A DNA stretch of 64,000 nt. Origin: Escherichia phage VEcB. Shown in pieces: positions 48,709 to 56,934 of the stretch; position 1 is the first letter of the stretch, and each line of letters opens with the position of its first letter. Position numbers and translations under genes: made by a program. Below the pieces are notes generated by a model that was not told where the DNA came from, did not search any database, and saw only the letters and a program-made list of their open reading frames with translations. Location: the sequence record NC_052663.1. One strand, written 5' to 3'.

Positions 48709-49146
48709 ATGAGTAAAACAAACGCAATCGCAGATAAAGCAACGGATGTACTTCTGAACATGGTTAACGTCACTATTCAAACAATGAGTGATGTTGTGGA
48801 GTTTGGAAAACAACAAATTCCAGAAGTAATCCATCAATTGTTAGTGTGGAAAGCAGTATCCGCAGGTTTATGGCAACTTTTTAGTATTTGCTTTATGTTT
48901 ATTACTTTTATTGCTGTACGGAACCTCGTAAAAGCAATTAAAGATAAAGAATGCCTGTGGTCACGAGATCGCTATGGTGAAGTATCTGCTTTACCTATTG
49001 TTGGCCTTGTTGTCTGTGCTTTCTTTTTCTTTTTAGGATTTGTTATTTTCTTTTCGAATTTTGATTGGCTAAAAATCATTATTGCACCAAAAGTGTATCT
49101 GATTGAATTTGCTGCTGATTTAATTCGTTCATCTCAACAAAGATAA
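48709..49146 (+). CDS. Membrane protein
   Basis: Several hydrophobic segments; RBS GTGAGGAA. Confidence 0.4.
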   Translation: MSKTNAIADKATDVLLNMVNVTIQTMSDVVEFGKQQIPEVIHQLLVWKAVSAGLWQLFSICFMFITFIAVRNLVKAIKDKECLWSRDRYGEVSALPIVGLVVCAFFFFLGFVIFFSNFDWLKIIIAPKVYLIEFAADLIRSSQQR

Positions 49147-49158
49147 AAGGGGTTTAAA

Positions 49159-50286
49159 ATGAAATACACGATTTATGGTGATATTGTAAGTGTAAATAAA
49201 GATATGGGCGTGGAATCTAACTATCTTCCACCTGGATTCTATACTGTTAGTCGTGATCCCCTTGGCAATTATTTTTTAAGCCGTGGTAATCTGACAGGTG
49301 TACCGGATGTTCTGTATGGTGAAACAGAAAAACGAGCAAATCACGTTATTCGTACATTCCATCGCCGGAGTGCACAAGGTAAAAATACAGGCTTGCTTCT
49401 GACAGGAACTAAGGGCAGTGGTAAAACTATGTTAGCCAAACTCATTAGTCGTGACCTTGTAGAAGAAGGTATTCCAACTATTATGGTTACTCAAGCCTAC
49501 AGCGATGCTAATTTCATTGAACTTATTAGCAAGATCACCGACAAAGCAGTGATTATTTTTGACGAGTTTGATAAAGTATATGAGAAGAAACAAGATCAAG
49601 AAGCACTTCTCACTTTGTTAGATGGTACTGGCAGTGGTAATAAACTGTTTATTCTGACTAAAAACAGTGGTTTTATCTCTGAATTCTTTTTAAATCGTCC
49701 TAGTCGTGTGTTTTATAATTTTAATTATGATAAAATCTCACTAGAAACTATGATTGACTATTTAGATAAAAACCTGGATAACAAAGCACACTTTGATAAT
49801 TTCCAAAGACTTTGGGATGTAAGTTTAGAGTTGTCCTTTGATGTGATCCAAGGTATAGTAGAAGAACTTAATTTCTACCCTGATTTGTCCTTTAAAGAAT
49901 GCATCTCTATGATGGGCGTTTCTTTGGGTGGTGGTAATAAATGGGATATCAGCAGCGTTGTTATTAATGGGAAACTTCAGAAAGTTAGCTGGGTATCTAG
50001 TTGGCATAACTTTACACCTGCAATCTTTTTAGGTGGTTCGTGCACACTAGACGTGTATTTGTCATCTCCAAGTGATGCAGACTCTAAAGAAGCCCTTGCT
50101 AATAGCTCTTACGTGGTTTTTGATGATGAAGGCGATGCTCGAATTCCATTGAATGCGACAAAAATGAAAGCAGATCTTATCACAGGCGGTAAAATCGTTG
50201 TGTTTAGTGATGATCCAGAAGATTCTTTCCGTATTGTTCTGGAACCAACTATCACCAATGGTGCAACTTTGGCAAGTGTGTTTTAA
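49159..50286 (+). CDS. P-loop NTPase (AAA-like), paralog B
   Basis: Walker A GTKGSGKT, Walker B IIFDEFDK; colinear with 32464..33624; hairpin terminator downstream. Confidence 0.55.
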   Translation: MKYTIYGDIVSVNKDMGVESNYLPPGFYTVSRDPLGNYFLSRGNLTGVPDVLYGETEKRANHVIRTFHRRSAQGKNTGLLLTGTKGSGKTMLAKLISRDLVEEGIPTIMVTQAYSDANFIELISKITDKAVIIFDEFDKVYEKKQDQEALLTLLDGTGSGNKLFILTKNSGFISEFFLNRPSRVFYNFNYDKISLETMIDYLDKNLDNKAHFDNFQRLWDVSLELSFDVIQGIVEELNFYPDLSFKECISMMGVSLGGGNKWDISSVVINGKLQKVSWVSSWHNFTPAIFLGGSCTLDVYLSSPSDADSKEALANSSYVVFDDEGDARIPLNATKMKADLITGGKIVVFSDDPEDSFRIVLEPTITNGATLASVF

Positions 50287-50299
50287 GTAAGCCAGCAAA

Positions 50300-50326
50300 T
50301 AAAAACCCGCTTCGGCGGGTTTTCTT
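50300..50326 (+). terminator. Rho-independent terminator after ATPase paralog B
   Basis: AAAACCCGC-TTCG-GCGGGTTTTCTT. Confidence 0.6.
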
Positions 50327-50360
50327 GCATTAATGCCAGATTTAATAAGAGGAGTAGTAG

Positions 50361-51350
50361 ATGGCAGCACCAAAATCATGGGAACAATATAAAGAAGAGT
50401 GTATACCAATAGCAGAGAGTAAGCAAATCCAAATCTTAGGATGGACGGGACAATGGAAAGGGGTCCACACAAAACTTGATTTGTTGTGCCATTGTGGTTA
50501 TAAATGGGATACTACAAGTATTAACAGTTTTAAATGTGGTAGCGGTTGTCCACAATGTAGGAGGAAGAATATAAGGAAGTCACAAACAATGTCCGACGAT
50601 CAACATATTGCAGATTTCTTTTCTACAGGGGAATTTAAGGAAGGCACTATCTTCACTAACACAGGAACACGGGGTAAAGGATGTAGGAATATTATCTGGA
50701 TGGTTGAATGTCCTGTTTGCTCTCATGATGAATATGTTCAAGCAGGTGTTTGTGATGGTAAATTTTACTCTGAAGGAGATAACCTTAAACGAGGGTATAT
50801 TCCGTGTCGTTGTGGGAACTATCGGTATACAGAAGACCAGATCACCTATAGGGTAAAAAAGGAAGTAGAAGGGAAAGGGTATGTCTGGGTAGATTGGATT
50901 ACCAAACCCTCTTCTATAGGTAAGTTTAAATATCTTTGTCTTGTGCATGGTGAGCAGATAGGGAGTGCTCATAATTTATTAAGCCTCGGTCGAGGTTGTC
51001 CTATGTGTGCTGGTCATAGTCAGCAGCAGTTATATATTAATATTGTTAAGGATGATAATATTATAGTTGCTCTTAAGTTTGGTATAGCTAAAGATAGTGA
51101 TAGACGATTAAAAATTCAAAATAGCCGTAATATGTTTCCTATGGAGCGTATTTGTTTATATGATTTTAGCACAGTAAAACAATGTAAGGCTGCTGAAAGA
51201 GCTATAAAGAAAAAATTAAAAACTGGTATTTTAACGGAAAGAGAGTTGAAAGACGGTTATACAGAAACAGTAAGTGTTTCTGATTTGGAAAATCTTCAAA
51301 AAATTATTACACAATATGGTGGCAAATTAGTATACAGTAAGGAGATGTAA
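50361..51350 (+). CDS. Zinc-ribbon-rich protein, possibly nuclease/homing-endonuclease-like
   Basis: Several CxxC pairs (CGSGCPQC, CPVCSHDE, CPMC); RBS AAGAGGAG. Confidence 0.3.
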   Translation: MAAPKSWEQYKEECIPIAESKQIQILGWTGQWKGVHTKLDLLCHCGYKWDTTSINSFKCGSGCPQCRRKNIRKSQTMSDDQHIADFFSTGEFKEGTIFTNTGTRGKGCRNIIWMVECPVCSHDEYVQAGVCDGKFYSEGDNLKRGYIPCRCGNYRYTEDQITYRVKKEVEGKGYVWVDWITKPSSIGKFKYLCLVHGEQIGSAHNLLSLGRGCPMCAGHSQQQLYINIVKDDNIIVALKFGIAKDSDRRLKIQNSRNMFPMERICLYDFSTVKQCKAAERAIKKKLKTGILTERELKDGYTETVSVSDLENLQKIITQYGGKLVYSKEM

Positions 51351-51902
51351 ATGCGGATTACTGATAAGTATGTGTTCTTCTTTTCAGCAAAAGATGAATT
51401 TAGCAACTGGTATCTATCATCTTTTATTGAACCTTTAGCACCCAAGTATAATAATTCTATTACAAGTTCTGTTGAATTTACTTGTGTGGAACAATATATG
51501 ATGTGGAGAAAAGCATGTTTGTTTTATGATTACAGTATTGCATCTTCTATTTTAACCGGAGATCTAAGATATACAGGAGAAAAAGAACAAGCATATTATA
51601 AGCGACTAGGCAGATTAGTTAAAGATTATGATGAAGATACCTGGACTTCTTTACGGGAGAAGATTGTCAAACGTGGTTTGTATCTTAAATACACACAAAA
51701 TGAAGATCTCAAAAATAAACTTATAACCTACGCAGATAAGGAGTTCGTAGAGGCAAGCCCTTATGATTCTATTTATGGTATCAAAATGGGGATGTGGGAT
51801 CGTGACGTGGAAAATAAGGACTGTTGGAAAGGACAAAATCTTTTAGGAAAATGGCATACAGACCTTGCTGTTTATCTAAAAGCACAATCTGATATTTCCT
51901 GA
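51351..51902 (+). CDS. NADAR-domain (YbiA-like) protein
   Basis: Motifs FFFSAKDEFSNWYLSSF and W..G.NLLGKWHTDL match the NADAR/DUF1768 family pattern; ATG overlaps the upstream stop. Confidence 0.55.
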   Translation: MRITDKYVFFFSAKDEFSNWYLSSFIEPLAPKYNNSITSSVEFTCVEQYMMWRKACLFYDYSIASSILTGDLRYTGEKEQAYYKRLGRLVKDYDEDTWTSLREKIVKRGLYLKYTQNEDLKNKLITYADKEFVEASPYDSIYGIKMGMWDRDVENKDCWKGQNLLGKWHTDLAVYLKAQSDIS

Positions 51903-52099
51903 TATTTTGAAAATTTTTATTTTTATAAAAAGGGGTGTGGGTTTCATGTACGGAAATTCACCCTCTGAATAATATATTCAGAGTAAATATTATTTTGTAC
52001 TCTGTTAATAAATTATTTAATTTGTTTGTTGGATTATGATATCTGGTTTTTAAAAGGCATACTATCTCTTAACTACTATTTATAACAGAACAGTAAAAT

Positions 52100-52330
52100 C
52101 ATTTTTATAAAAAGGACAAAATTATTTAAAGTTTTTACAGATTTTTGGATACAAATTTTGAAAATGAAAAGTTCAAGTTTGGTCAAAATTATTTAAAGTT
52201 TTTGTATGTATTTCTATCCATATTTTGAAAATGAAAACTTCAATTTTTTAAAAATTCCCCAGTTTATTTAAAGTTTTTTTGCCTTTTTCCGTAGAAAAAT
52301 GAAAAATGAAAAGTTCAATTTCGTGTTTTT
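52100..52330. repeat. Three tandem ~65-70-bp direct repeats in an AT-rich non-coding region
   Basis: Each unit carries AAATTATTTAAAGTTTTT and TTTTGAAAATGAAAAGTTCAA; TTTTTATAAAAAGG also occurs twice upstream. Confidence 0.6.
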
Positions 52331-52339
52331 ATAGGTGTG

Positions 52340-52455
52340 CTAATGAGAATCATTTTCGTTTGTAAATGAGAATCATTATCATTTAACTATGTAAGTGATA
52401 ATCATTCTCAGTAAGAGAATGAGAATCATTAGCAAATGAGAATTTTATCATTTAG
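52340..52455. promoter_or_regulatory. Cluster of five 13-bp palindromes AATGAGAATCATT (and variants) resembling the Fur-box core
   Basis: Copies at ~52342, 52365, 52397 (inverted), 52430, 52434; the 52362-52380 copy matches 16/19 positions of GATAATGATAATCATTATC. Confidence 0.5.
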
Positions 52456-52714
52456 AGAATAACGCGCAGGGGTGGTGTTTGTCTCGCGCTCCCGTGTCCC
52501 CTCGCCATACAATAAGAATAGCATAACCAACAACAAAAGCAAGCGATTATTTTTATCTTTACATTTCTTTACAAATTTATTTTAGACGAGCTACCGGCGA
52601 TCAACCTTCCAACCAGTGCCCCCTGGTATGTTAGCCCCGCCTTTACGCCGTGGGGGTGGCGCTTCCTCTTCTGTATGTAAAACAGTATAAGCCCGATCCC
52701 TGGGCTTGTCAAGA

Positions 52715-53062
52715 TTATTTTTTGTTTTCTTGCCAGGATAGGACACCTAACCAAAAATACATGTCGCCCCGCGCCCCTGGTGGGATCTTGCTTTCCCCGC
52801 CGCCACTGCAAGCCCATAGATAACCATTTGCGAACGTATCAAAATGATCTATTTCTTCCACCTTATGATCGCCCAGGTTGAGAACGGTTTCAACCTTTAA
52901 GCCCGTTGCGCTTGCTACCTGGTGCACCGTGCCGCCTTGCCAGCCCAATGAGTGCATGAGGTGTAAAGTAGTATTTGTCATGGTATCGCCCTTTCTTTGA
53001 TGTGCGCCCTGGTTGGCGCGGTAGAAAGATAATAGCCCCTTTCCTTTATAGATAGCAAGCAA
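52715..53062 (-). CDS. Hypothetical protein inside a GC-rich island (true start possibly the internal Met MTNTT)
   Basis: ORF track; local GC clearly above the window average. Confidence 0.3.
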   Translation of the reverse strand: MLAIYKGKGLLSFYRANQGAHQRKGDTMTNTTLHLMHSLGWQGGTVHQVASATGLKVETVLNLGDHKVEEIDHFDTFANGYLWACSGGGESKIPPGARGDMYFWLGVLSWQENKK

Positions 53063-53248
53063 AAAAGAAATGAAAAAAGATTAAAAAAGGGGTTGACGTT
53101 CCTCACCTGGTAGCGTATTATTCATCTTGTCGAGGGGGGCGAGGCACAACGACAATAAACAAAAGGAGGGCGCAATGTAGGACGGGCAAAGGTGAGGATC
53201 TCCACAATCCACCGTCACAATAACATTACTTATAAAAGGTTGATAACG

Positions 53249-53344
53249 ATGGTCAAGAAAGAAAACAGCTTGACGGTTGGAACGATTAACGCTATCATTC
53301 TCGCCGTTCCATTTTGGATTGTAGTTGCGGTTATTATTTTCTAA
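53249..53344 (+). CDS. Small hydrophobic peptide (31 aa), not in the ORF track
   Basis: ATG downstream of TTGACG-N17-TATTAT promoter-like sequence; single TM-like helix. Confidence 0.25.
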   Translation: MVKKENSLTVGTINAIILAVPFWIVVAVIIF

Positions 53345-53353
53345 AAAATATTC

Positions 53354-53413
53354 TTGACAACGTTTTTTAATCTGATAAGATGTATCACATAGGGCGGGAA
53401 ATGGTTTCCCGCC
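53354..53413 (+). promoter_or_regulatory. Sigma70-type promoter (TTGACA ... TAAGAT) plus conserved leader hairpin GGCGGGAAA-TGG-TTTCCCGCC
   Basis: -35 TTGACA, 16-nt spacer, -10 TAAGAT; perfect 9-bp stem with 3-nt loop starting near the predicted +1. Confidence 0.6.
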
Positions 53414-53435
53414 AAATCAAAGAAAGGGTAATGCA

Positions 53436-53798
53436 ATGAGCAAGCAAATCAATACTATCATGTTAAACCTGGTATCTTTCCGCGACGACGTGAAAAATCT
53501 TCCACGTGATGCAGTGGATGCACGGATCGAAAGCTATCGCTCACAGATCGCAACGCTACCGCTAAAACGTGATCAACATGCCGCTAATATGATGCTTAAT
53601 GCTATGCTTAAAAAGATGATTCAATGTGATCTTACCCTGGCTTATGAATATGCTGGCGATCTCTTTGTAACATATAGCAAGCCCGTACCAGGTATGAGCA
53701 CAACCGAAGAATTGCATGCCTTAAATCTGCGACAAGATGCATGGGATAACATGCGCCGTGTTATGGTATGGGTAGAAAGCGGTAAAATTTACGAATAA
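53436..53798 (+). CDS. Hypothetical early protein
   Basis: ORF track; preceded by sigma70 promoter plus conserved leader hairpin. Confidence 0.5.
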   Translation: MSKQINTIMLNLVSFRDDVKNLPRDAVDARIESYRSQIATLPLKRDQHAANMMLNAMLKKMIQCDLTLAYEYAGDLFVTYSKPVPGMSTTEELHALNLRQDAWDNMRRVMVWVESGKIYE

Positions 53799-53804
53799 AA
53801 ACGG

Positions 53805-53856
53805 TTGACATTGCACTAAAACCTGATAAACTATCTTAAAGCGGGAATAGTTCCCG
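53805..53856 (+). promoter_or_regulatory. Sigma70-type promoter (TTGACA ... TAAACT) plus hairpin variant AGCGGGAA-TA-GTTCCCGCT
   Basis: Same architecture as 53354-53413. Confidence 0.5.
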
Positions 53857-53875
53857 CTTACATAGGATAAAACTT

Positions 53876-54023
53876 TATGAAACAATATGTAATGAGTATT
53901 CACACCAAAAACGGCGCTACTGTTACGACTCCGGCACGGTTTGCACTTGTAAACCGTTGCAAGAGACTAAAACGAGAGCTAAAAAACAACCGTGCAACGG
54001 GCTTTAAACGCTGGGGAGGATAA
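53876..54023 (+). CDS. Candidate mini-ORF region (two overlapping ~43-aa frames, one Cys-rich, one basic); which is translated is unresolved
   Basis: Follows promoter plus hairpin at 53805-53856; weak RBS. Confidence 0.2.
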
Positions 54024-54025
54024 TC

Positions 54026-54286
54026 TTGTTTTTTCTAAAAGTTTTTGATAATGTGATCGCTTTTGAACATGCTACAACGTTCGACCTGGCGAGATACGCT
54101 ATCAGGTTTAAAGATAATGTTTATCCCCGTGCTGGCGGCGGTTACACTATTTTTAATCATCGTAATTCCCAACTAACGGATATAACTAATCCAGATCCGG
54201 GCGTGTATCGCATAGGCTGGCTACCGTCAAAAGACGCGGCAAGCATGTTTAAGGTATGTAAACTACTAACAGAAGAGGCGAACTAA
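54026..54286 (+). CDS. Hypothetical early protein (TTG start)
   Basis: GGGGAGGA RBS 5 nt upstream of TTG. Confidence 0.4.
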   Translation: MFFLKVFDNVIAFEHATTFDLARYAIRFKDNVYPRAGGGYTIFNHRNSQLTDITNPDPGVYRIGWLPSKDAASMFKVCKLLTEEAN

Positions 54287-54287
54287 C

Positions 54288-54842
54288 ATGGGGCGTGAGT
54301 ATGTGATCCAGTCCTGGGTAAAGCATGACGCTAATGATCCGCGCATAATACCAGATGACATGATCGATCACATGGTAGGGTATAGCGGGGAGCAGATAGG
54401 AAATCGAGCGGCAAAGAGCAACGGCAACACAAAGGCGCGATCCGTTCGCCCTGGTTGGCTGGCAAATGGTAACGCTGACATTGCAAGCGCCGCAGATCCA
54501 AGCGATGACGCTAAAAATAATCCCTTATACAGTATTGATCCGGCTTTTAAGGTGTTGGAAGAGTATCCCGCTAAATTAGCCGCACTAGATAAAGCATACG
54601 AAGAAAAACGGGTGGCATGGACGGTATACAACACCGCTAAAATGGTGCTAGATGCAAAATTGATTAAAGCCCAGGAGAAGATCAATAAACTTGTTGCAGT
54701 AGCGCAAGAGGAAGACCAGGACGACCAGGAGGAAGAGGAAGAAATCATGCCTACCCTGGAAGAGGAAGAGATCCAGCCATACATGCCGACGGAAGAGGAA
54801 AAAAGACAAGCCCTAAAAAATTATGAAAATTGTATTGTGTAA
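54288..54842 (+). CDS. Hypothetical early protein with strongly acidic C-terminal tail
   Basis: C-terminal EEDQDDQEEEEEIMPTLEEEEIQ. Confidence 0.45.
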   Translation: MGREYVIQSWVKHDANDPRIIPDDMIDHMVGYSGEQIGNRAAKSNGNTKARSVRPGWLANGNADIASAADPSDDAKNNPLYSIDPAFKVLEEYPAKLAALDKAYEEKRVAWTVYNTAKMVLDAKLIKAQEKINKLVAVAQEEDQDDQEEEEEIMPTLEEEEIQPYMPTEEEKRQALKNYENCIV

Positions 54843-54845
54843 GGC

Positions 54846-54951
54846 TTGACATATGCAAACAAGCCCCGTAATATGTACCACATAAAGCGGGGCAACGCCC
54901 CATAAGGTGAAATAAAAAATCACTTGACACCTGAAATCAGTAAGCTATAAT
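54846..54951 (+). promoter_or_regulatory. Tandem promoters: TTGACA-N17-TAATAT with hairpin variant (GCGGGGC-AAC-GCCCC), then consensus TTGACA-N16-TATAAT
   Basis: Two consensus -35 hexamers 78 bp apart, both upstream of the 59-aa ORF at 54989. Confidence 0.55.
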
Positions 54952-54988
54952 GCTTATATAGATTGAAACATTACTAAGGAATAAAAGC

Positions 54989-55168
54989 ATGGCTATTATT
55001 GCAAAGACTGAGATCGTAGGTTTAGATTCTATCATCCTGGCATATGAGGAAGCTATAGAAATGTATGTGGTTTCCTATGGTGATTATATCCGTGAATATA
55101 AATCTATTGATCTAGCTTTTGAATGCTATATTCGCCAGGTCAATAAAGCCTATGATGATTATCGTTAA
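54989..55168 (+). CDS. Small early protein (59 aa), not in the ORF track
   Basis: ATG with AAGGA RBS; tandem promoters upstream. Confidence 0.4.
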   Translation: MAIIAKTEIVGLDSIILAYEEAIEMYVVSYGDYIREYKSIDLAFECYIRQVNKAYDDYR

Positions 55169-55187
55169 AAGTTTTAGTCTTGTGCTA

Positions 55188-55216
55188 TTGACAACGAACG
55201 ATAGTACAAGCATAAT
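55188..55216 (+). promoter_or_regulatory. Sigma70-type promoter (TTGACA-N17-CATAAT)
   Basis: Consensus -35; upstream of 55264..55629. Confidence 0.5.
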
Positions 55217-55263
55217 AACTTTTATCGGGAATACTCCTAACTAATCAAAAGAGATTAAAGACT

Positions 55264-55629
55264 ATGGCTAAAAATATCAATGTTTCTGCTTATGCTACCC
55301 TGGCTAACACTGCTAAAATTGAACTATCCAGCATTGAAGCGGTACATATTAGCGCCCGTCGCTGGTTTCAAAAGTCTTATGGTAACACTTATTTCTCTTT
55401 GATGGTTGACGTTGAGATCGGCGGTAAACTGATTGAAGTCGTTAACGTTCCGTTTCAATATGGCTACGGGGATCATTTTGATACCGTTGCCCTAGAAGAG
55501 TTTAGCAAGGTTATCAACCTGGAAGGTAAAGAATTTTCAAATTATGCCTACCTTTCCCGTTTTTGCCGTGACAATGGGATCACTGTATACAGTCATGCAA
55601 GCGATGTTAAACGTAAAAAAGATTTATAA
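55264..55629 (+). CDS. Hypothetical early protein
   Basis: ORF track; own promoter (TTGACA ... CATAAT). Confidence 0.45.
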   Translation: MAKNINVSAYATLANTAKIELSSIEAVHISARRWFQKSYGNTYFSLMVDVEIGGKLIEVVNVPFQYGYGDHFDTVALEEFSKVINLEGKEFSNYAYLSRFCRDNGITVYSHASDVKRKKDL

Positions 55630-55635
55630 AAAGCA

Positions 55636-55696
55636 TTGACAGCACGAATAAAAAGCATATAATACTTATATCGAGAGCGGGAATAGTTCCCGCCTC
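55636..55696 (+). promoter_or_regulatory. Consensus sigma70 promoter (TTGACA-N16-TATAAT) plus hairpin GAGCGGGAA-TA-GTTCCCGCCTC
   Basis: Perfect -35 and -10 hexamers; hairpin near +1. Confidence 0.6.
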
Positions 55697-55717
55697 ACTG
55701 AAAAAGAGATTAACATC

Positions 55718-55957
55718 ATGGCTAAATCTAAAATGTTCTTAGGTCACAAAAACAAAACTCATTGGAATGTAAGCCTTTGGATCAACAACGATGAAGGTTT
55801 TTATAATCTTGCGCGTGAATTTATCGCAGCTAACACCAATAAGAATGACGCAGCGCGTGATATGATGTTATTTCTTGAAAGTATGGATCAAGATAAAACG
55901 CCAGACGGTTACAAGTTCAGTAAAACCGCGATCCGTGCCGCTATGGTTGGAATGTAA
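55718..55957 (+). CDS. Hypothetical early protein
   Basis: ORF track; promoter TTGACA-N16-TATAAT plus hairpin upstream. Confidence 0.45.
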   Translation: MAKSKMFLGHKNKTHWNVSLWINNDEGFYNLAREFIAANTNKNDAARDMMLFLESMDQDKTPDGYKFSKTAIRAAMVGM

Positions 55958-56052
55958 AGGAGACATAAAAATGAAACATCGTTCGACCTATCTCACAAAA
56001 CGTTTTAGCTTAGATCATAAATTGGGCTATTACGGAAGAAATAGAAAATAAT

Positions 56053-56112
56053 TTGACAACGTTTTAAATTAGTGTAAGATATATCACATAGGGCGGGAAA
56101 TGGTTTCCCGCC
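56053..56112 (+). promoter_or_regulatory. Sigma70-type promoter plus canonical leader hairpin; near-identical copy of the 53354-53430 element
   Basis: About 45 bp (ATCACATAGGGCGGGAAATGGTTTCCCGCCAAATCAAAGAAAGG) identical to the leader of 53436..53798. Confidence 0.6.
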
Positions 56113-56134
56113 AAATCAAAGAAAGGTTATCATT

Positions 56135-56362
56135 ATGGCTATCGTTATTGTTCGCGTATCCGGTACGGTTGGAATCTCTCAGGTAGTAGCAGTTATCACA
56201 GAGAAGAAAGGGGATGATCTTCACTCCTCCTTGAATAGCTGGGCGGTCGCTAACTTTGGGCAATGGTCGAGCGTTGAGTACATCGAAGCCTACCAGGTGC
56301 CGACGATTAGCCTAACCGATCTAAATGTTGATCGCTTGTTGTGCCTGGATGGATTAAACTAA
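56135..56362 (+). CDS. Hypothetical early protein
   Basis: ORF track; promoter/leader nearly identical to that of 53436..53798. Confidence 0.45.
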   Translation: MAIVIVRVSGTVGISQVVAVITEKKGDDLHSSLNSWAVANFGQWSSVEYIEAYQVPTISLTDLNVDRLLCLDGLN

Positions 56363-56370
56363 AAATAATC

Positions 56371-56427
56371 TTGACAAGATAACTAAAATCAGTAAAATGT
56401 AATGCATAGGGCGGCAATAGTGCCGCT
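56371..56427 (+). promoter_or_regulatory. Sigma70-type promoter (TTGACA-N16-TAAAAT) plus hairpin GGGCGGCA-ATA-GTGCCGCTC
   Basis: Same architecture; hairpin variant shared with 60181-60237. Confidence 0.55.
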
Positions 56428-56449
56428 CATAGTAAGAGAGATTATCAAA

Positions 56450-56665
56450 ATGGCTAATATCCGCACACTGTTAAAAAATGCAAGTCAAGTTTTATTTTCA
56501 GATGACGAGTATTTCAACAAAGACATTACAGGCGTGAAAAATTTAAAAGACGTGAAGGATGTTATCGGTATCCGTGGATCTTTACGTAAAGGTGACATAT
56601 ACGGTAACAAGGTGCAATATAAACTGTCAAAAGATTATGATTTTACTTTGACATTTATTTCATAA
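56450..56665 (+). CDS. Hypothetical early protein (start at internal ATG after the leader hairpin)
   Basis: Track ORF N-terminus is the translated hairpin; ATG with AGAGAG RBS. Confidence 0.45.
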   Translation: MANIRTLLKNASQVLFSDDEYFNKDITGVKNLKDVKDVIGIRGSLRKGDIYGNKVQYKLSKDYDFTLTFIS

Positions 56666-56671
56666 AACCGC

Positions 56672-56732
56672 TTGCAATACTGCAAAAATAAAGTAAACTG
56701 TATTCATCAAGGCGGTGGAATAGCTCACCGCC
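56672..56732 (+). promoter_or_regulatory. Sigma70-type promoter (TTGCAA-N16-TAAACT) plus hairpin GGCGGTG-GAATAGCT-CACCGCC
   Basis: Same architecture with a divergent loop. Confidence 0.5.
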
Positions 56733-56756
56733 TAACAAAGAGAAGAGGAAAACATC

Positions 56757-56927
56757 ATGATCACTTTCGCCACCCGTGAAGCCGCTCGCAACGTTGCACG
56801 TAAAGTTAATGCCGCCAACCTGGGCGCTACGCTTAAAGCCCCGGTAAAAGATGAATCAGGAAAATGGATCTTCCCTGGTCTGCGTCACGCTGATAAGCTG
56901 GGAACATTAACGTTAAAAAATAAATAA
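56757..56927 (+). CDS. Small early protein (56 aa), not in the ORF track
   Basis: ATG with AAGAGGAAAA RBS; promoter plus hairpin upstream. Confidence 0.4.
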   Translation: MITFATREAARNVARKVNAANLGATLKAPVKDESGKWIFPGLRHADKLGTLTLKNK

Positions 56928-56934
56928 TATCCGC

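Noticed and set aside
52100-52330. Possible CRISPR array
   Set aside because: Repeats are AT-rich, about 65 bp, imperfect and without regular unique spacers; no cas genes in the window.
52340-52455. DnaA boxes
   Set aside because: Motif AATGAGAATCATT does not match the DnaA box TTATCCACA; similarity is to the Fur-box core instead.
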